Positions 34,951 to 48,730 of a DNA stretch of 64,000 nucleotides are shown here, one piece after another. The stretch lies in the NCBI GenBank assembly GCA_030390025.1, contig CM059431.1, positions 128,714,001 to 128,778,000 on the forward strand, in the 5' to 3' direction. Made by a program: the position numbers and the translations under genes. The notes under the pieces were generated by a model. It was not told the origin of the DNA and did not search any database. It saw only the letters and a list, made by a program, of their open reading frames with translations. Each line of letters begins with the position of its first letter. Positions within the stretch are counted from its first letter, which is position 1. The DNA is from Squalus acanthias (taxonomy: Eukaryota).

Positions 34951-37760
34951 TCGGAGGACCAAGGTAAGATAGTATATGCGGCACACATGCTGATGTAATA
35001 GATGGCAGGTCAGGTAGAAATCAGAGGACCAACCTGTCAATGTTGTGATAGTTACTAGCAATGTGGTGAGTGTGGTTTCCGAGGTTGCAGAAAAGACTTG
35101 CAAACTCCTAAATCTGTGCTCAAAATGGAGTCAGCAAGAGCCTTTCCCTTAGGCAAGTAAGCAGGTGTCATGTGGGAGTATTTATTTGGATTTCCATGCT
35201 CTCCATTAAGAACCTCGCTCAATGGCCACTGATCTTCTGCCCCACGTTGACATACATGGTTCCCGAGCTACGTGATTCCCGTGGTCATCCAGTAAAAATC
35301 GAAAGGTCTGGTTAAAATCCCTGTTAAGGGTCTCACAACAAGGATTTAATGAACTTAATTAGATCGCCCGCCTCTGCCGTTCTGGTCTGTGGCGCGCTAC
35401 CAAACATGCCCGAGTTAAAGGCACGAGGAGGTTGGATGACGGCGGGTTCCCGACATGCTCGCAATTTCTGCAACTTTTACTGCCGACCCGCCTCCAGAAC
35501 TGTATGCCTGGCAGCGGGAAAATTCCGGCCACTGTGTTCAATTCTGGGCACCACACTTTAGGAAGGATGTCAAGACCTTGGAGAGGGTGCAGAGGAGATT
35601 TACTAGAATGGCACCGTTGATTGAGGGACTTCAGTTATGTGGAGAGAATAGAGAAGCTGGGATTATTCTCCTTGGAGCAGAGAAGTTTAAGGAGAGATTT
35701 AATGGCGGTGTTCAAAATTATGAAGGGTTTTGATAGAATAAATATGGAGAAGCTGTTTCCACTGGCAGGAGGGACTGTAACCAGAGGACACAGATTTAAG
35801 ATAAAGAACCAAAAGGGAGACGAGGAGAATTTTTTGATACAATGACTTGGAAAGCACTGCCTGAAAGAATGTTGGAAACAGATTCAATAGTAACTTTCAA
35901 AAGGGAATTGGATATGTACTTGAAAAGGAAAAAATAGCAGAGCTATGGGAAAAGAGCAGGGGATTGGGACTAATTGGATAGCTCTTTCAAAGAGCCAGCA
36001 CAGACACAATGGGCCGAATCTCCTCCTTCTGTGCTGTATGATTCTATGATTCTAATGAGGAATTTAAATCTATAATCTATTACAGACAAAAAATAATTTT
36101 TGTCACAGCATGATTATGTCATAGATTTTCCAATCATAATTATCTGAATTCTAATCTTATTAGCTTCTGCATTAGCAGATAATAATATGAATCTGTTAAT
36201 TATCTAGTACACTATAAACCAAAAAAAATGACATAGAGAAAAGAAATACAACTACATAGAGGACAGCAAAGTAAATAACTTAGGAATACGAGATAAAAGG
36301 TAAATTTAGAAAGATTAAGGGAAAGTCAGTTAGGACCTAAAAATTGTTATTCTACATTCTGTGAAATTTTGAAAGTAGCAAAAGAAGAGAAAGGCATATG
36401 AGAAAAAAAATCTTAAGTAAAGAATTTTAACTGATGAAATTAGATATTTTTGTTAAGATGCTAATCACTTCCTCTTACTAGTTTTTACTAACTGGCATAC
36501 AAACATATACTGCGACTGAGGTAAATAATATTATTTTTGCTAACATTAGAAGCTAGTGCCTCACATGTGTTTCACTATGTGCTTCATCACACAAAATGTA
36601 AATTGAAAAGTTTGCTTCTGGATTAGACTTAAAAAAGAAAACCACTGTCAAGAAATAAAACTGTGAGTTCCTTTCCCTTGTATCCAGCTGCTTGGGATCA
36701 AAGGCCATGAATTAGTCTAATTAAGACAAGATGACTTCCTTGTGTTGTTTTCACTGAAATCCTTTGCTTAATTTTAATTCTCATTAAGGAAAATAGTTCC
36801 CTTTGCAAAGAGAATGTGTTTGCTGAGGCCTCTCACACCTCATTCAAATTGAAGGCAGGTGTGCTAGCAACCTTTCCATTATATAGATAGCATATTTTTA
36901 GCTTATCTCTTATATTTTATCAAAGTTAATGCATGCAAGTGCAATTGTGGAATCCCCATGTATCATTTTCACAATTAAAGGCAGGTGGGAATGAACCTTT
37001 TAATGGGCAGATGTGCTTACAACCCGTCCAAATAGACAGATTGATGTGTTTGATTAAATTGCATTTGCCTGTTCAGAAATATGAAGGATGTGTTATTGTT
37101 GCCAGATGCAATTTGTGGTTGAAACCCATTTTCTTTATAGCTTTTGAGTGGCCAAGTGTGCTTGTGTCCCCTTGCAGTGTAATCTATGCACGCTTGTCTC
37201 TTGCATTTAATTAAAATGCATTTGTCACTGTGGAAGCAGAAATGCTCAGGATTTCCTTAGGTGTAATGGGTAACTGAAAACAGATGTGCTCACTGCTTTC
37301 AAATGAGCAGATGTCCTTGCTGTGGCTTTTCATTTTTATGACAACAGCTGTGCATGTGGCCTGTAAATGAGTAAATACACAATGAGTGTATGAACAATTA
37401 CAGGTCCTGCACATTTATTATAAACAACTCTACATTTCTGTGTGTTTTATATTTGCATTCAAGTCTTCTAAGGGGGAAGTTTTTTATTTTTTACAAAAAC
37501 ACAGGAGATTGACTCTTTTTCTCCAGGATTGACAATCCACCAAAATAAATCACAATTCCAAGATCATATGCTTCAAAGCCATGTCTTCCCGTAATTTTGT
37601 GAATGGATTATTAATTGAAGAGAAAACTAGGAATCTACAATTTTTTCTCAAAAGAGGAATTTCACCCTTTGACATATATATTAATCAAATTACATCATTG
37701 TCATTTTATATAACATGACTAAGAATAAAGAGTTTTGGTGAGGTGTAATTTACACACTCG

Positions 37761-39486
37761 GGGCTGGATTTTTTCAACCTTGGCAGATCTGTGGCTTGGG
37801 GAGACCCCGCATCTGTCTCGATCCCGGCCTCCAACAAGATTTTCCATTGATAGGGCTTGTTAAGCCCACCTTGCGAGGTTCCTGGCCAATTAAAAGGAAG
37901 CGGGTCTCATGACATCATCAGCCGGTTTCCTTAAAGGGGCCATGTCCACAATCATATTGACAGTTGTGCTGTCAGCGTTCTGCAGCATTGAGTTGCTGCA
38001 AACACTGACAAGCACTGCACAAAGGTGCACGGCTGCAACCAGTCACAGCACGCAGGGAAGTTCTCTTACCTTCCAATGGGGTGAAGAGGCATCCCCAGGA
38101 GACCAACGCAGCCTGGTTGCACATTGCACAGGAGGGCACAAGCAGGAATGTCATCAGGAGGACAAGGCTGCAGTGGCGCAAACCTTTCAATGCTCTCAGT
38201 AGATCACTAAATGTTACTGCAAAGCCACACTCAACCTCATCCTGCTGTGCCACTCATCACATCCCCATCACTCTGCCTCTCCTACCCTACTCCTGCACAT
38301 CCTTACTCACACCAACTTATCTTGCACCTCCACCCATCCCTCTCTATCTGCATTATCACTTCCCCATCTCACTAGCCACCCCTCACACTCACCCTCACCC
38401 TTGTCCAATCATACCAACCCAACAACACACAAGGCAGTTGGGTGTTATCGTCAATGTTGATGTAAAGTTGCTGTTAATGTGTTGTTATAGATTGAAATCT
38501 TTATTTTCAACACATTGCCTTCTTGGACAGATTTGTGTGCACCTTTGGAACTGGCTTAGTGAGTTGCAGTGAATGGTGAGACATAACGGTAACCCCCGCA
38601 ACGGTGATGAGTGTGAAAGGAATGGCTTGGGCATTGTAGGGATGCTTTATGGTGTTGGTGTGGGGTGGTGCCAACCTCATGTGGCAGCCAGTGTGTACAG
38701 CATCAAGTGAAATAAATCTGGCCATGGTGAGTTAATCCCTGGCCTCCCAGGCAGCAATGTGCTCAGGTGCTGATGCCCTCTGTCCTGTGCAACATCAGTG
38801 ATTGCCGAGAAGATTGGTGTTGTTGTTGGTGCTGCTGGTGTGCCTGGTGATGCTGGTGTGCCTGGTGATGTTGGTGTTGGGGCTGATCATGGTGGGATTC
38901 TGAGGACCAAGGTGAGATAGTTTTAAGGGCACTGATGCTGCTGGAATAGATGGCAGCTGAAGTTGAGATGACAGAAGCGATCTGTCAATGGTGAGAGAAG
39001 TTGCTCCAACGAGGTGACACTGGATAGATAGTTTGCTCCAAACACTTCAAACCTCCATAAAGCTGAAAAGTGTATTCCAAATCCTGAAGACTCCAGCCTC
39101 TAAGATTGGAAATTGAACAGCTGTGAAATGGTAGCTTTTATACCACTTTTGCTGCTGTCAACTATTCACAGCAATGCAGAGTCATTGAGAACCTGACACA
39201 CTTACCTGACATGACCCCCAAGCACCGTGAACCTCGTAAAAAACATGAAAAAATCATTGGGAGCTGGTAAAATGCTACTTAAATACCTTTAAGCAGCTGC
39301 TTAAATATCTCAATTGCCTGACCCGTCGCTTAGTGCCGGGTTTGCAAACCGCAGGCAGAGCCGGCACTTGGGAAATTAACAAGGAGGCGGGTTCAGAGCA
39401 GACTTCCGCACCGCTGTCAATCACTGCCATTTTGACAGCAGACGTGACTCCGAACTCATCTTCTGAGTGGCAGCAAAATTCAGCCC
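37761..39486 (+). mobile_element. Non-autonomous Harbinger deletion derivative, 1726 bp
   Basis: TIR GGGCTGGATTTT and (rc) GGGCTGAATTTT; TSD TCG/TAG. Retains Myb exon 1 and only the ends of the transposase region. Confidence 0.88.
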
Positions 39487-40448
39487 TAGGTTTGAGGTAC
39501 AATATATCCAGCAATTTTCAGAGTCAAAATTTTGTAAATTCTGTCTTGCATTGGTGACATATTTACTTGTCACAATACAAAGGCTTTAAAAGCATGAACG
39601 GACAGATTTTGTTCTGAGTGGCAAATTAACACCATTCGTTCCACTTGCACTTACCCAAAGACTTTCTGTGGGCTTTTGCACTGGAAATTCCTGTCAGCCA
39701 ACCATCCAAAAAGTGCAGCACCCTCTGCAGGGCATCTGGGATCTGTGTGAACAGGGCAAGCAACTGTGAGTCTCCTTAACTAATCAGGTTGAATAATCAT
39801 TAATGAACAGTGCAGAGTCTGAACCAGGAAGTGTCAGTTAGAGTATTGAATTCAATGTCAAATCTTATATAGAAAGTGAAATAAAGAGAGGGAAAGAAAG
39901 ATTGGATTATGCAAGAGGGAAATAAAAGAGACAGAAAGAATAAGTAAAAAAAATAATTTTTAAATTTTTAAATCTCTAACAGCAATTAAAATCTGAAGAG
40001 ATGAGACTCCACACTTGTAAAACTTAATTTTCAGTGCCAGAGAGGTTGTTTAGTAGTAATTAAGACTTATCACACCATTAATAGGGTACTTAAACTGGAA
40101 TGGGGAAGCCCGAATACTTTTTTTGTGGCGAGTTTAATTCATATCCATGAGGTAAGTACAGAAACTTCATGTCATTCAATGTATTTGAATGGTGAGTCTC
40201 TTGGCGAGATATCTTTATTGCACAGCTTCTGGAGAAGCAGGGCATCTTGGACAGCAGAAAAAATCTTCTATTGGAATTTGATGTGAATGAAAGGATTAAT
40301 GTCTATTGTAACTAAACCTGAAAACAACAGATCCATAGAGCACATGCATCAGCAGCAGGGATGGCTGACCTCACTGAAAATTGTTAATTTTCTCACCAAT
40401 TGTAATAAGCACCTAAAAAATGAACAATATTGTAGAGATCCACAAATA

Positions 40449-42218
40449 GGACTGCCCTGGTAGACCCATTGATTCAGCCATTTCTTGCACCATGGAACTG
40501 GTTTCATCCTATCTAGACTCTATTTTTTCTCCCCTTGTCCAGTCTCTTCCTACCTACAACTGCGACTCATCCGACGCCCTCCGCCACTTTAACAGTTTCC
40601 AGTTTCCTGGCCCCAACTGTTTCCTTTTCACTATGGACGTACAATCCCTCTACACCTCCATCCCACACCAGGACAGCCTGAGAGCACTCTGCTTCGACTT
40701 GAACAGAGACCCAACCCGTCCCATCCACCACCACCCTCCTCTGCCTGGCTGATCTTGTTCTCACACTGAACGATTTCTCCTTTGACTCCACTCACTTCCT
40801 CCAAATTAAAGATGTTACTATCGAACCCACATGGGTCCTAGCTATGCCTACCTTTTTGTGGGATATGTGGAAAATTCTTTGTTCCAGTCCTACTTAGGTC
40901 CTCTTCCGGTACATTGATGACTGTATCGGTGCTGATTCCTGCTCTCGCCCTGAACTAGAAAATTTCATTCACTTTGCTTCCAATTTCCGCCCTTCCCTCA
41001 CATTCATATAGTCCATCACTGACATTTCCCTTCCCTTCCTCGACTTCTCTGTCTCCATTTCTGGGGATAGGCTATCGACAAACATCCACTATAAGCCCAC
41101 TGACTCTCATAGCTACATGGACTACACTTCCTCCCACCCCGCTTCCTGTAAGGACTCTATTCCATTCTCCCAGTCTCTCCATCTCTGTCACATCTGTTCT
41201 CATGACGCCACCTTCCATACTAGTGCTTCCGATATGTCTTCCTTTTTCTTCAACGGAGGATTCCTCTCTACCCGTACTTCTGCTCTCAGCCCTTCCCCTC
41301 CCTCCCAGAACCACGATAGGTTTCCCCTTGCTCTCACCTTTCACCCCACCAGCCTTCACATTCAATGGATCATTCTCTGCCATTTCCGCCACCTCCAGCA
41401 TGATCCCACCACCAATCACATCTTCCCCTCCCCTCCCCTTTCAGCATTCCGAAGGGACCACTCCCTCCGCGACAACCTGGTCTACTCCTCAATCACCCTC
41501 AACACCCCTTCCCCTTCCCACGGCACCTTCCCGTGCAAGCGCAGGAGATGCAACACACACCCATTTACCTCCTCCCTTCCCACTGTCCAGGGCCCCAAGC
41601 ACTCCTTCTAGGTGAAACAGCGATTTGCTTGTAGTTCTTGCAATTTGGTATACTGTATTCGCTGCTCACGATGCGGCCTCCTCTACATTGGGGAAACCAA
41701 ATGCAGATTGGGTGACCTCTTTGAGGAACACCTCCATTCAGTCTGTAAGCATGACCCCGAGCTTCCGGTCGCCTGTCACTTTAATTCTCCGCTCCACTCC
41801 CACTCTGACCTCTCTGTCCTCCACTTCTTACACTGTTCCAACGAAGCTCAATGTAAGCTCAAGGAATAGCACCTCATCTTTTGATTAGGCACTTTACAGC
41901 CTTCGGAACTCAATATCGAGTTCAACAATTTCAGACCATAACCTCTGCACCTATTTGTTCACACGCCAGCTGTTGATGATTCTGCCATTCCCATTTACAC
42001 CTCATCTAGACTCATCTTTACTTGTCCCATTAACATCTCCTTTTGCTTTGTACAATCATACCTTTTGTCATTTAATCACACCTGCCTTCCACCCTATCAC
42101 AGACCTTCCCTTTTATGTTTTCCTCCCCTCCCCCCTTTCCCTGCCCCTGCCCTGGCTTAAAATCTGTTACATCGCTAACTTTTTCCAGTTCTGACGAAAG
42201 GTCATTGACCTGAAAGTT
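40449..42218 (+). mobile_element. Penelope-like retroelement (RT + GIY-YIG), degenerate; 3' tail displaced to 48627-48730
   Basis: PGRPI, LFTMDVQSLYTSIPH, MGPSYA, RYIDD, YKPTDSHSYMDYTSSHP, NLVYCIRCSRCGLLYIGETKCRL (GIY-YIG). Confidence 0.93.
42191..42218 (+). ncRNA. Minimal hammerhead ribozyme motif, disrupted by an insertion
   Basis: CTGACGA-A-AGGTC-ATT-GACCT-GAAA-GTT; continuation AGCTCTGCTTCTC lies at 48627. Confidence 0.65.
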
Positions 42219-43145
42219 GTGGGGGGGGTGGAATTCCGGGGGGTCAGTGGGCATGATCGGTGGTGGGTCAGATGGGAAAATTGATTTTTTTTGACAGCGG
42301 ATTGGGACCCCGCTGTCAACCTGCCACCACCTGCCTTTCCCTAATGTTGGGTCTGTCAGTGCTGAGCAGACCCGACAAGCAGCGACGGGGGAGGCAATTA
42401 ATTTCATTCTGACCTGGTTAACAGAGCATTAAGAACAATTTTCAGCTCACCTTCAGAGTTTACCAGGTCACCCGCGGGGTCTACGCTGCTCAGGTATCAC
42501 GTCAGGTTAGTAGAGCAGGAGTTGAATGGCCATGGAATCATCACATGGCTTGACAGCTGCAAATGTGCTACAAAAGCTCCATCTCACAGCTGTTCACTTT
42601 CCAAGCTCACAAGCTGTTGCTTACTGCAATTGGAAGACAGATTGACCTTTATGTAGGTTGCAAGTGTTTGGTGCAAACTCTCTATCGAGTTACACCTCAA
42701 TGGAACAACCTGTCTCACCACTGACAAATCTCTTCTGTCATCTCAAGTTCACCTGCCATCTATTCCATCAGCATCAGTGCCCTTGAAACTATCTCACCCT
42801 GGTCCTCAGAATCCAACCATGATCAGCCCCAACACCAGCAGCAAAAAGCACACCAGCACCACCAACAACAACAACAACCTTCTCCGCAATCAACTGATGC
42901 TGCACAGGACACAAGGCATCAGCACCCGACCACATTGCTGCCTGGGAGGCCAGGGATGAATGCACCATGGCCAGATTTACTTCACTTAATGCTGTGCACC
43001 CTGGCTGCCACATGATGTGCCAGGTTGGCACCACCACACACCAATACCATAAAGTATCCCTACAATGCCCAAGCCATTCCTTTCACACTCATCACCATTG
43101 CGGGGGCGGGGGGGGGGGGGGGGGGTACCGTTATGTCTCACCATT

Positions 43146-46100
43146 AAGGGAACGGCAGCGTAGTGGTAGTGGAAGCAGCAACACAGAACTACTTGCATGC
43201 TAAAAAGCAGAAGCAGCATGCTATAGACAGGGCTAAGTGATCCCACAATCAACGGATCAGAACAAAGCTCTGCAGTCCTGCCACATCCAGTCGTGAATGG
43301 TGGTGGCCCATTAAACAACTAACGGGAAGAGGAGGCTCCATGAATATCCCCATCCTCAGTGATGGTGGAGCCCAGTACGTGAGTGCAAAAGACAAGGCTG
43401 AAGCGTTTGCAACCATCGTCAGCAAGAAGTGCCGAGTGGATGATCCATATCGGCATACTCCCGAGGTCACCACCATCACAGAAGCCAGTCTTCAGCCAAT
43501 TCAATTCACTCCATGTGATATTAAGAAACAGCTGAGCGCACTGGATACAGCAAAGGCTATGTGCCCCGACAACATCCCGGCTATCATGCTGAAGACTTGT
43601 GCTCCAGACCTAGCCGAGCCTCTAGCCAAACTGTTCCAGCACAGCTACAACACTGGCATCCATCCGACAATGAGGAAAACTGCCCAGGTATGTCCTGCCC
43701 ACAAAAAGCAGAAAAAATCCAACCCGGCCAATTACTGACCCATCAGTCTACTCTCAATCAGCAGCAAAGTGATGGAAGGTGTCATCGACAGTGCTATCAA
43801 GCAGCACTTACTCACCAATAACCTGCTCACTGATGCCCAGTTTAGGTTCCGCCAGATCACTCGGCTCCCGACCTCATTACAGCCTTGGTCCAAACATGGA
43901 CAAAGGAGCTGAATTCCAGAGGTGAGGTGAGAGTGACTGCCCTTGACATCAAGGCAGCATGTGATGATGTGGAATCTGTATGGGTAGAACTGAGAAATAC
44001 CAAGGAGCAGAAAACATTACTGGGAGTTGTATATAGACCTCCAAACAGTAATACGGAGGTTGGGGATGGCATTAAAAGGGAAATTAGAGAAGCGTGCAAT
44101 AAGGGCACAGCAGTCATCATGGGTGACTTTAATCTACATATAGATCGGGCTAACCAAATTAGTAACAATACTGTGGAGGAGGAATTCCTGGAGTGTTTAC
44201 GGGATGGTTTCCTGGACCAATATGTCGAGGAACCAACCAGAGATCAGACCATCTTAGACTGGGTATTATGTAATAAGAAAGGATTAATTAGCAATCTTGT
44301 TGTGTGAGGCCCCTTGGGTCGGAGCGATCATAATATGATAGAATTCTTCATTAAGATGGAGAGTGAAGTAGTTGACTCAGAGACTAGGGTCCTGAATTTA
44401 AATAAAGGAAACTACGATGGTATGAGGCGCGATTTGGATGGGATTGATTGGGGAATGTCGCTCAAAGGGTTGATGGTGGATAGGCAACGGCAAACATTCA
44501 AAGACCGCATGGATGAACTACAGAATTTGTTCATCCCAGATTGGCATAAGAATAAAACAAAAAAGTTGACTCAACCGTGGCTAACAAGGGAAATTAGGGA
44601 TAGCATATTATCCAAGGAGAGGACATATAAATTGGCCAGAAAAAGCAGTAAACCTGAGGATTGAGAGCAGTTTAGGATTCAACAAAGGAGGACAAAGGGG
44701 TTAATTAAGAAGGGGAAAATAGAATATGAGAGGGAGCCTGCAGGGAACATAAAAACTGACTGTAAAAGCTTTTATAGATATGTGAAGAGAAAAAGATTGG
44801 TGAAGTCAAGCGTAGGTCCCTTGCAGTCAGAATCAGGGGAACTTATAATGGGGAACAAAGAAATGGCAGACCAATTAAATACATATTTTGGTTCTGTCTT
44901 CACAAAGGAGGACACAAATAACCTCCCAGAGATGTCGGGGAACATAGGGGCTGATGAAAGGGAGGAACTGAAAGAAATCAGTATTTGTAGGGAAATGGTG
45001 TTAGGGAAATTGACGGGATTGAAGGCCAATAAATCCCCAGGGCCTGATAATCTACATCCTAGGGTACTTAAGGAAGTGGCCCTAGAAATAGTAGATGCAT
45101 TGCTGATCATCTTCCAACATTCGATGGAATCTGGAACAATGCCCATGGATTGAGGGTAGCTAATGTTACCCCACTATTCAAAAAAGGTGGTATAGAGAAA
45201 ACGGGGAATTACAGGTAAGCCTGACATCGGTAGTAGGGAAAATGCTAGAGTCCATTATAAAAGATGTAATAGCAGAGCACTTGGAAAACAGTGACAGGAT
45301 CGGACAAAGTCAACATGGATTTACAAAAGGTAAATCGTGCTTGACTAATCTACTGGAATTTTTTGAGGATGTAACTGGTAAAATAGATAAGGGAGAACCA
45401 GTGGATGTGGTGTATTTGGACTTTCAAAAGGCTTTCGATAAGGTCCCGCATAAGAGATTAGCGTGTAAAGTTAAGGCACATGGGATTGGGGGCAAGGTAT
45501 TGACTTGGATAGAGAACTGGTTGGAAGACAGAAAGCATAGAGTTGGAATAAACGGGTCTTTTTCCGAGTGGCAGGCAGTGACTAGTGGGGTACTGCAGGG
45601 ATCGGTCCTTGGACCCCAGCTATTCACAATATATATTAATGATCTAGACAAGGGAACTAGATGTAATATCTCCAAGTTTGCAGATGACACAAAGCTGGGT
45701 GGGTGTGTGTGCTGTGAGGAGAATGCCGAGAAACTCCAGGATGATTTGGACAGGTTGGGTGATTGGGCAGAAGCATAGCAGATGCAATATAACGTGAATA
45801 AATGCGAGGTTATCCACTTTGGTGTCAAAAACAGGAAGGCAGATTATTATCTGAATGGCAATAGATTGGGAGAAGGGGAAGTGCAACGAGACCTGGGTGT
45901 CCTTGTGCACCAGTCGCTGAAGGTAAGCATGCAGGTGCAGCAGGCAGTTAAGAAGGCAAATGGTATGTTGGCCTTCGTAGCGAGAGGGTTTTAGTACAGG
46001 AACAAGGATGTCTTGCTGCAGTTGTACAGGGCCTTGGTGAGACCACATCTTGAGTACTGTGTGCTGTTTTGGTCGCCTTATCTGAGGAAGGATGTTCTTG

Positions 46101-47764
46101 CCATGGAAGGAGTTCAGCGAAGATTCACCAAGCTGATACCTGGGATGGCAGGAATGACGTATGAGGAGAGATTGGGTCGATTGGGCTCATACTCGCTGGA
46201 GTTTAGAAGAATGAGAGGGGATCTCATTGAAACTTATAAAATTCTGACAGGACTGGACAGACTAGATGCAGGAAGGATGTTCCCGATGGTCGGGGAGTCC
46301 AGAACCAGGGGTCACAGTCTAAGGATAAGGGGTAAGCCATTTAGGACAGAAATGAGGAGGAATTTCTTCACCCAGAGGGTGGTGAACCTGTGGAATTCTC
46401 TACCACAGAAGGCAGTAGAGGCCAATTCATTAAATATATTCAAGAAGGAGTTGGATATATTTCTTAAGGCTAAAGGGATCAAGGGATATGGGGAGAAAGC
46501 ATGGACAGGGTTCTGAATTTGGATGATCAGCCATGATCGCATTGAATGACGGAGCAGGCTAAGGGGCCGAATGGCCTACTCCTGCTCCTATCTTCTATGT
46601 TTCTATGTTTCTATATTTGACCGAGTGTTGCATCAAGGAGCCCTAGTAAAACTGAAGTCAATGGGAATCAGGAGGAAAAGGCTCCACTGGCTGGAGTCAT
46701 ACCTAGCACAAAGGAAGATGGCTGTGGTGGTTGAAGGTCAATCATCACAGCCCCAGGACATCGCTGCAGGAGTTCCTCAGGGCAGTGTCCTAGACCCAAC
46801 CATCTTCAGCTGCTTCATCAATGACCTTCCCTCCAACATAAGGTCAGAAATGGGGACGTTCGCTGATGACTGCACAGTGTTCAGCACCATTCACCACTCC
46901 TCAGATAATGAAGCACTCCATTCTCGCATGCAACAAGACCTGATCGACATTCAGGCTTGGGCTGATAAGTGGCAGGTAACATTGGCGCCACAGAAGTGCC
47001 AGGCAATGATTTTCTCCAACAAGCGAGAGTCTAGCCACCTCCCCTTGACATTCAGTGGCATTCCCATTACCAAATTCTCTACCATCAACATCCTGGGGGG
47101 TCACGATTAACCAGAAACTTAACAAGAGCAGCCACATAAATACTGTGACAACAAGAGCAGGTCAGAGGCTGGGTATTCTGCGGCAAGTGTCTCACCTCCT
47201 GACTCCCCAATGCCTTTCCACCATCTACAAGGCACAAGTCAGGAGTGTGATGGAATACTCTCCACTTGCCTGGATGAGTGCAGCTGCAACAACACTGAAG
47301 TAGCTCGACACCGTCCAGGACAAAGCAGCCCGTTTGATTGGCACTCCACCCACCACCTTAAACATTCACTCCCTCCACCAGCGGCGTACCGTGGCTGCAG
47401 TGTGTACCATCTACAAGATGCACTGCAGCAACTCGCCAAGGCTTCTTCGGAAACACCTCCCAAACCCGCGACCTCTTCCACCTAGAAGGACAAGGGCAGC
47501 AGGCGCATGGGAACACCACCACTTCCAAGTTCCCCTCCAAGTCACACACCATCCTGACTTGGAAGTATATCGCCGATCCTTCATCGTTGCTGGGTCAAAA
47601 TCCTGGAACTCCCTACCTAACAGCATTGTGGGAGTACCTTCACCACACGACTGCAGCGGTTCAAGAAAGCAGCTCACCACCACCTTCTCAAGGGCAACTA
47701 GGGATGGGCAATAGATGCTGGCCTTGCCAGTGCCACCCACATCACATAAGCAAATAAAAAAAAA
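43146..47764 (+). mobile_element. LINE-A (CR1/L2 group), 5'-truncated, split by a CR1
   Basis: KAMCPDNIP...SNPANY; ALDIKAA joins FDRVLHQG across the CR1; VPQGSVL, FADDC; A-rich tail; ATT at both junctions. Confidence 0.9.
43961..46614 (+). mobile_element. 5'-truncated CR1 nested in LINE-A
   Basis: VYRPPNS, MGDFN, RT motifs, (TTCTATGT)n tail; same subfamily as 18523-20303. Confidence 0.95.
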
Positions 47765-48626
47765 ATTCACTGTAACTCACTAAGCCACTTCCAAAGGTGC
47801 ACACAAATCTGTCCAAGAACGCAAATTGTTGAAATGAAAGGTTTCAATGTTTGACACCACATTAACAGAAACTCTTCAGGAACATTGCATAAAACACCCA
47901 AGTGCCTACCCTTAGGCGTTGTTAGTTGGTATAATTGTACTAAGATGAGGGTGAGTGTGAGGGGTGGCTAGTGAGATGGGGAAGTGATAATGTAGATAGA
48001 GAGGGATGGGTGGAGGTGCAAGGTAAGTTGCTGTGATTAAGGATGTGCAGGAGTAGGGTAAGGAAGGCAGAGTGATGGGGACGTGATGAGTGGCACAGGA
48101 GGATGAGGTCGAGTGTAGTTTTGTACTAACGTTTTGTGATCTACTAAGATCATTGAAAGGTTTGCGCCACTGCAGCCTGGTCCTCCTGACGACATCCCTG
48201 CTTGTGCCCTCCTGTGCAATGTGCAACCAGGCTGCGTTGGTCTCCTGGGAAGGTCTCTTCCGCCCATTGGAAGGGAAGAGGACCCTCGCTGCGTGCTGTG
48301 ACTCCCTCCATAAGCATATAGAGCTGTCATGGAAGAGCCTGGGTGCAGCCATGCACCTCTGTGCAGTGTTTGTCAGTGTTTGCAGCACCTCAGTGCTCTA
48401 GAACACTGACAGCACAAATGTCAAAATAAATTTGCGCATGGTCCGTTTAAGGAAACCGGTTGATGACACGTCTTCAAATGACGTTATCAGACCCGCTTCC
48501 TTCAATTGGCTGGGAAACGCGCAGGGCGGGCTTAACAAGCTCAATCAATGGAAAATCATTTTGGACAGCGGGCTGGAGCCGGCAGCGAGGCCGGGACCCG
48601 CCGAGGTTGGTAAAATCCAACCCGTT

Positions 48627-48730
48627 AGCTCTGCTTCTCTGTCCACAGATGCGTCTGACCTGCAGATTATTCCCATAATTTTCTGTTTTTATTTCAGTTT
48701 TCCAGCATCAGCAGTATTTTGCTTTTTTAA
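48627..48730 (+). mobile_element. Penelope 3' tail remainder
   Basis: CTCTGCTTCTCTGTCCACAGATGC...TTTCCAGCATCAGCAGTATTTTGCTTTT continues the element broken at 42218. Confidence 0.7.

Larger units (their letters stand above)
31272..35530. mobile_element. Decayed full-length two-gene Harbinger, 4259 bp
   Basis: TIR GGCCAGAATTTTCC and (rc) GGCCGGAATTTTCC; TSD ATT/ACT; Myb-like (+) and transposase (-) pseudogenes. Confidence 0.92.
29920..36053 (+). mobile_element. Old 5'-truncated CR1, split by a Harbinger
   Basis: LKVEKLPGLDGMHPWLLRE and NYRPVRLT; resumes at 35534 with CVQFWAPHFRKD; (TATGATTC)n tail. Confidence 0.9.
42219..48623 (-). mobile_element. Non-autonomous Harbinger (same family as 37761-39486, inverted), hosting two nested LINEs
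   Basis: GTT TSD at 42216-42218 and 48624-48626; right end AAAATCCAACCC. ORF 47912..48388 is nearly identical to 38081..38572. Confidence 0.85.

Noticed and set aside
39590..40260. Probable old non-autonomous repeat with an AT-rich core
   Set aside because: Could not define TIRs or a TSD by eye.
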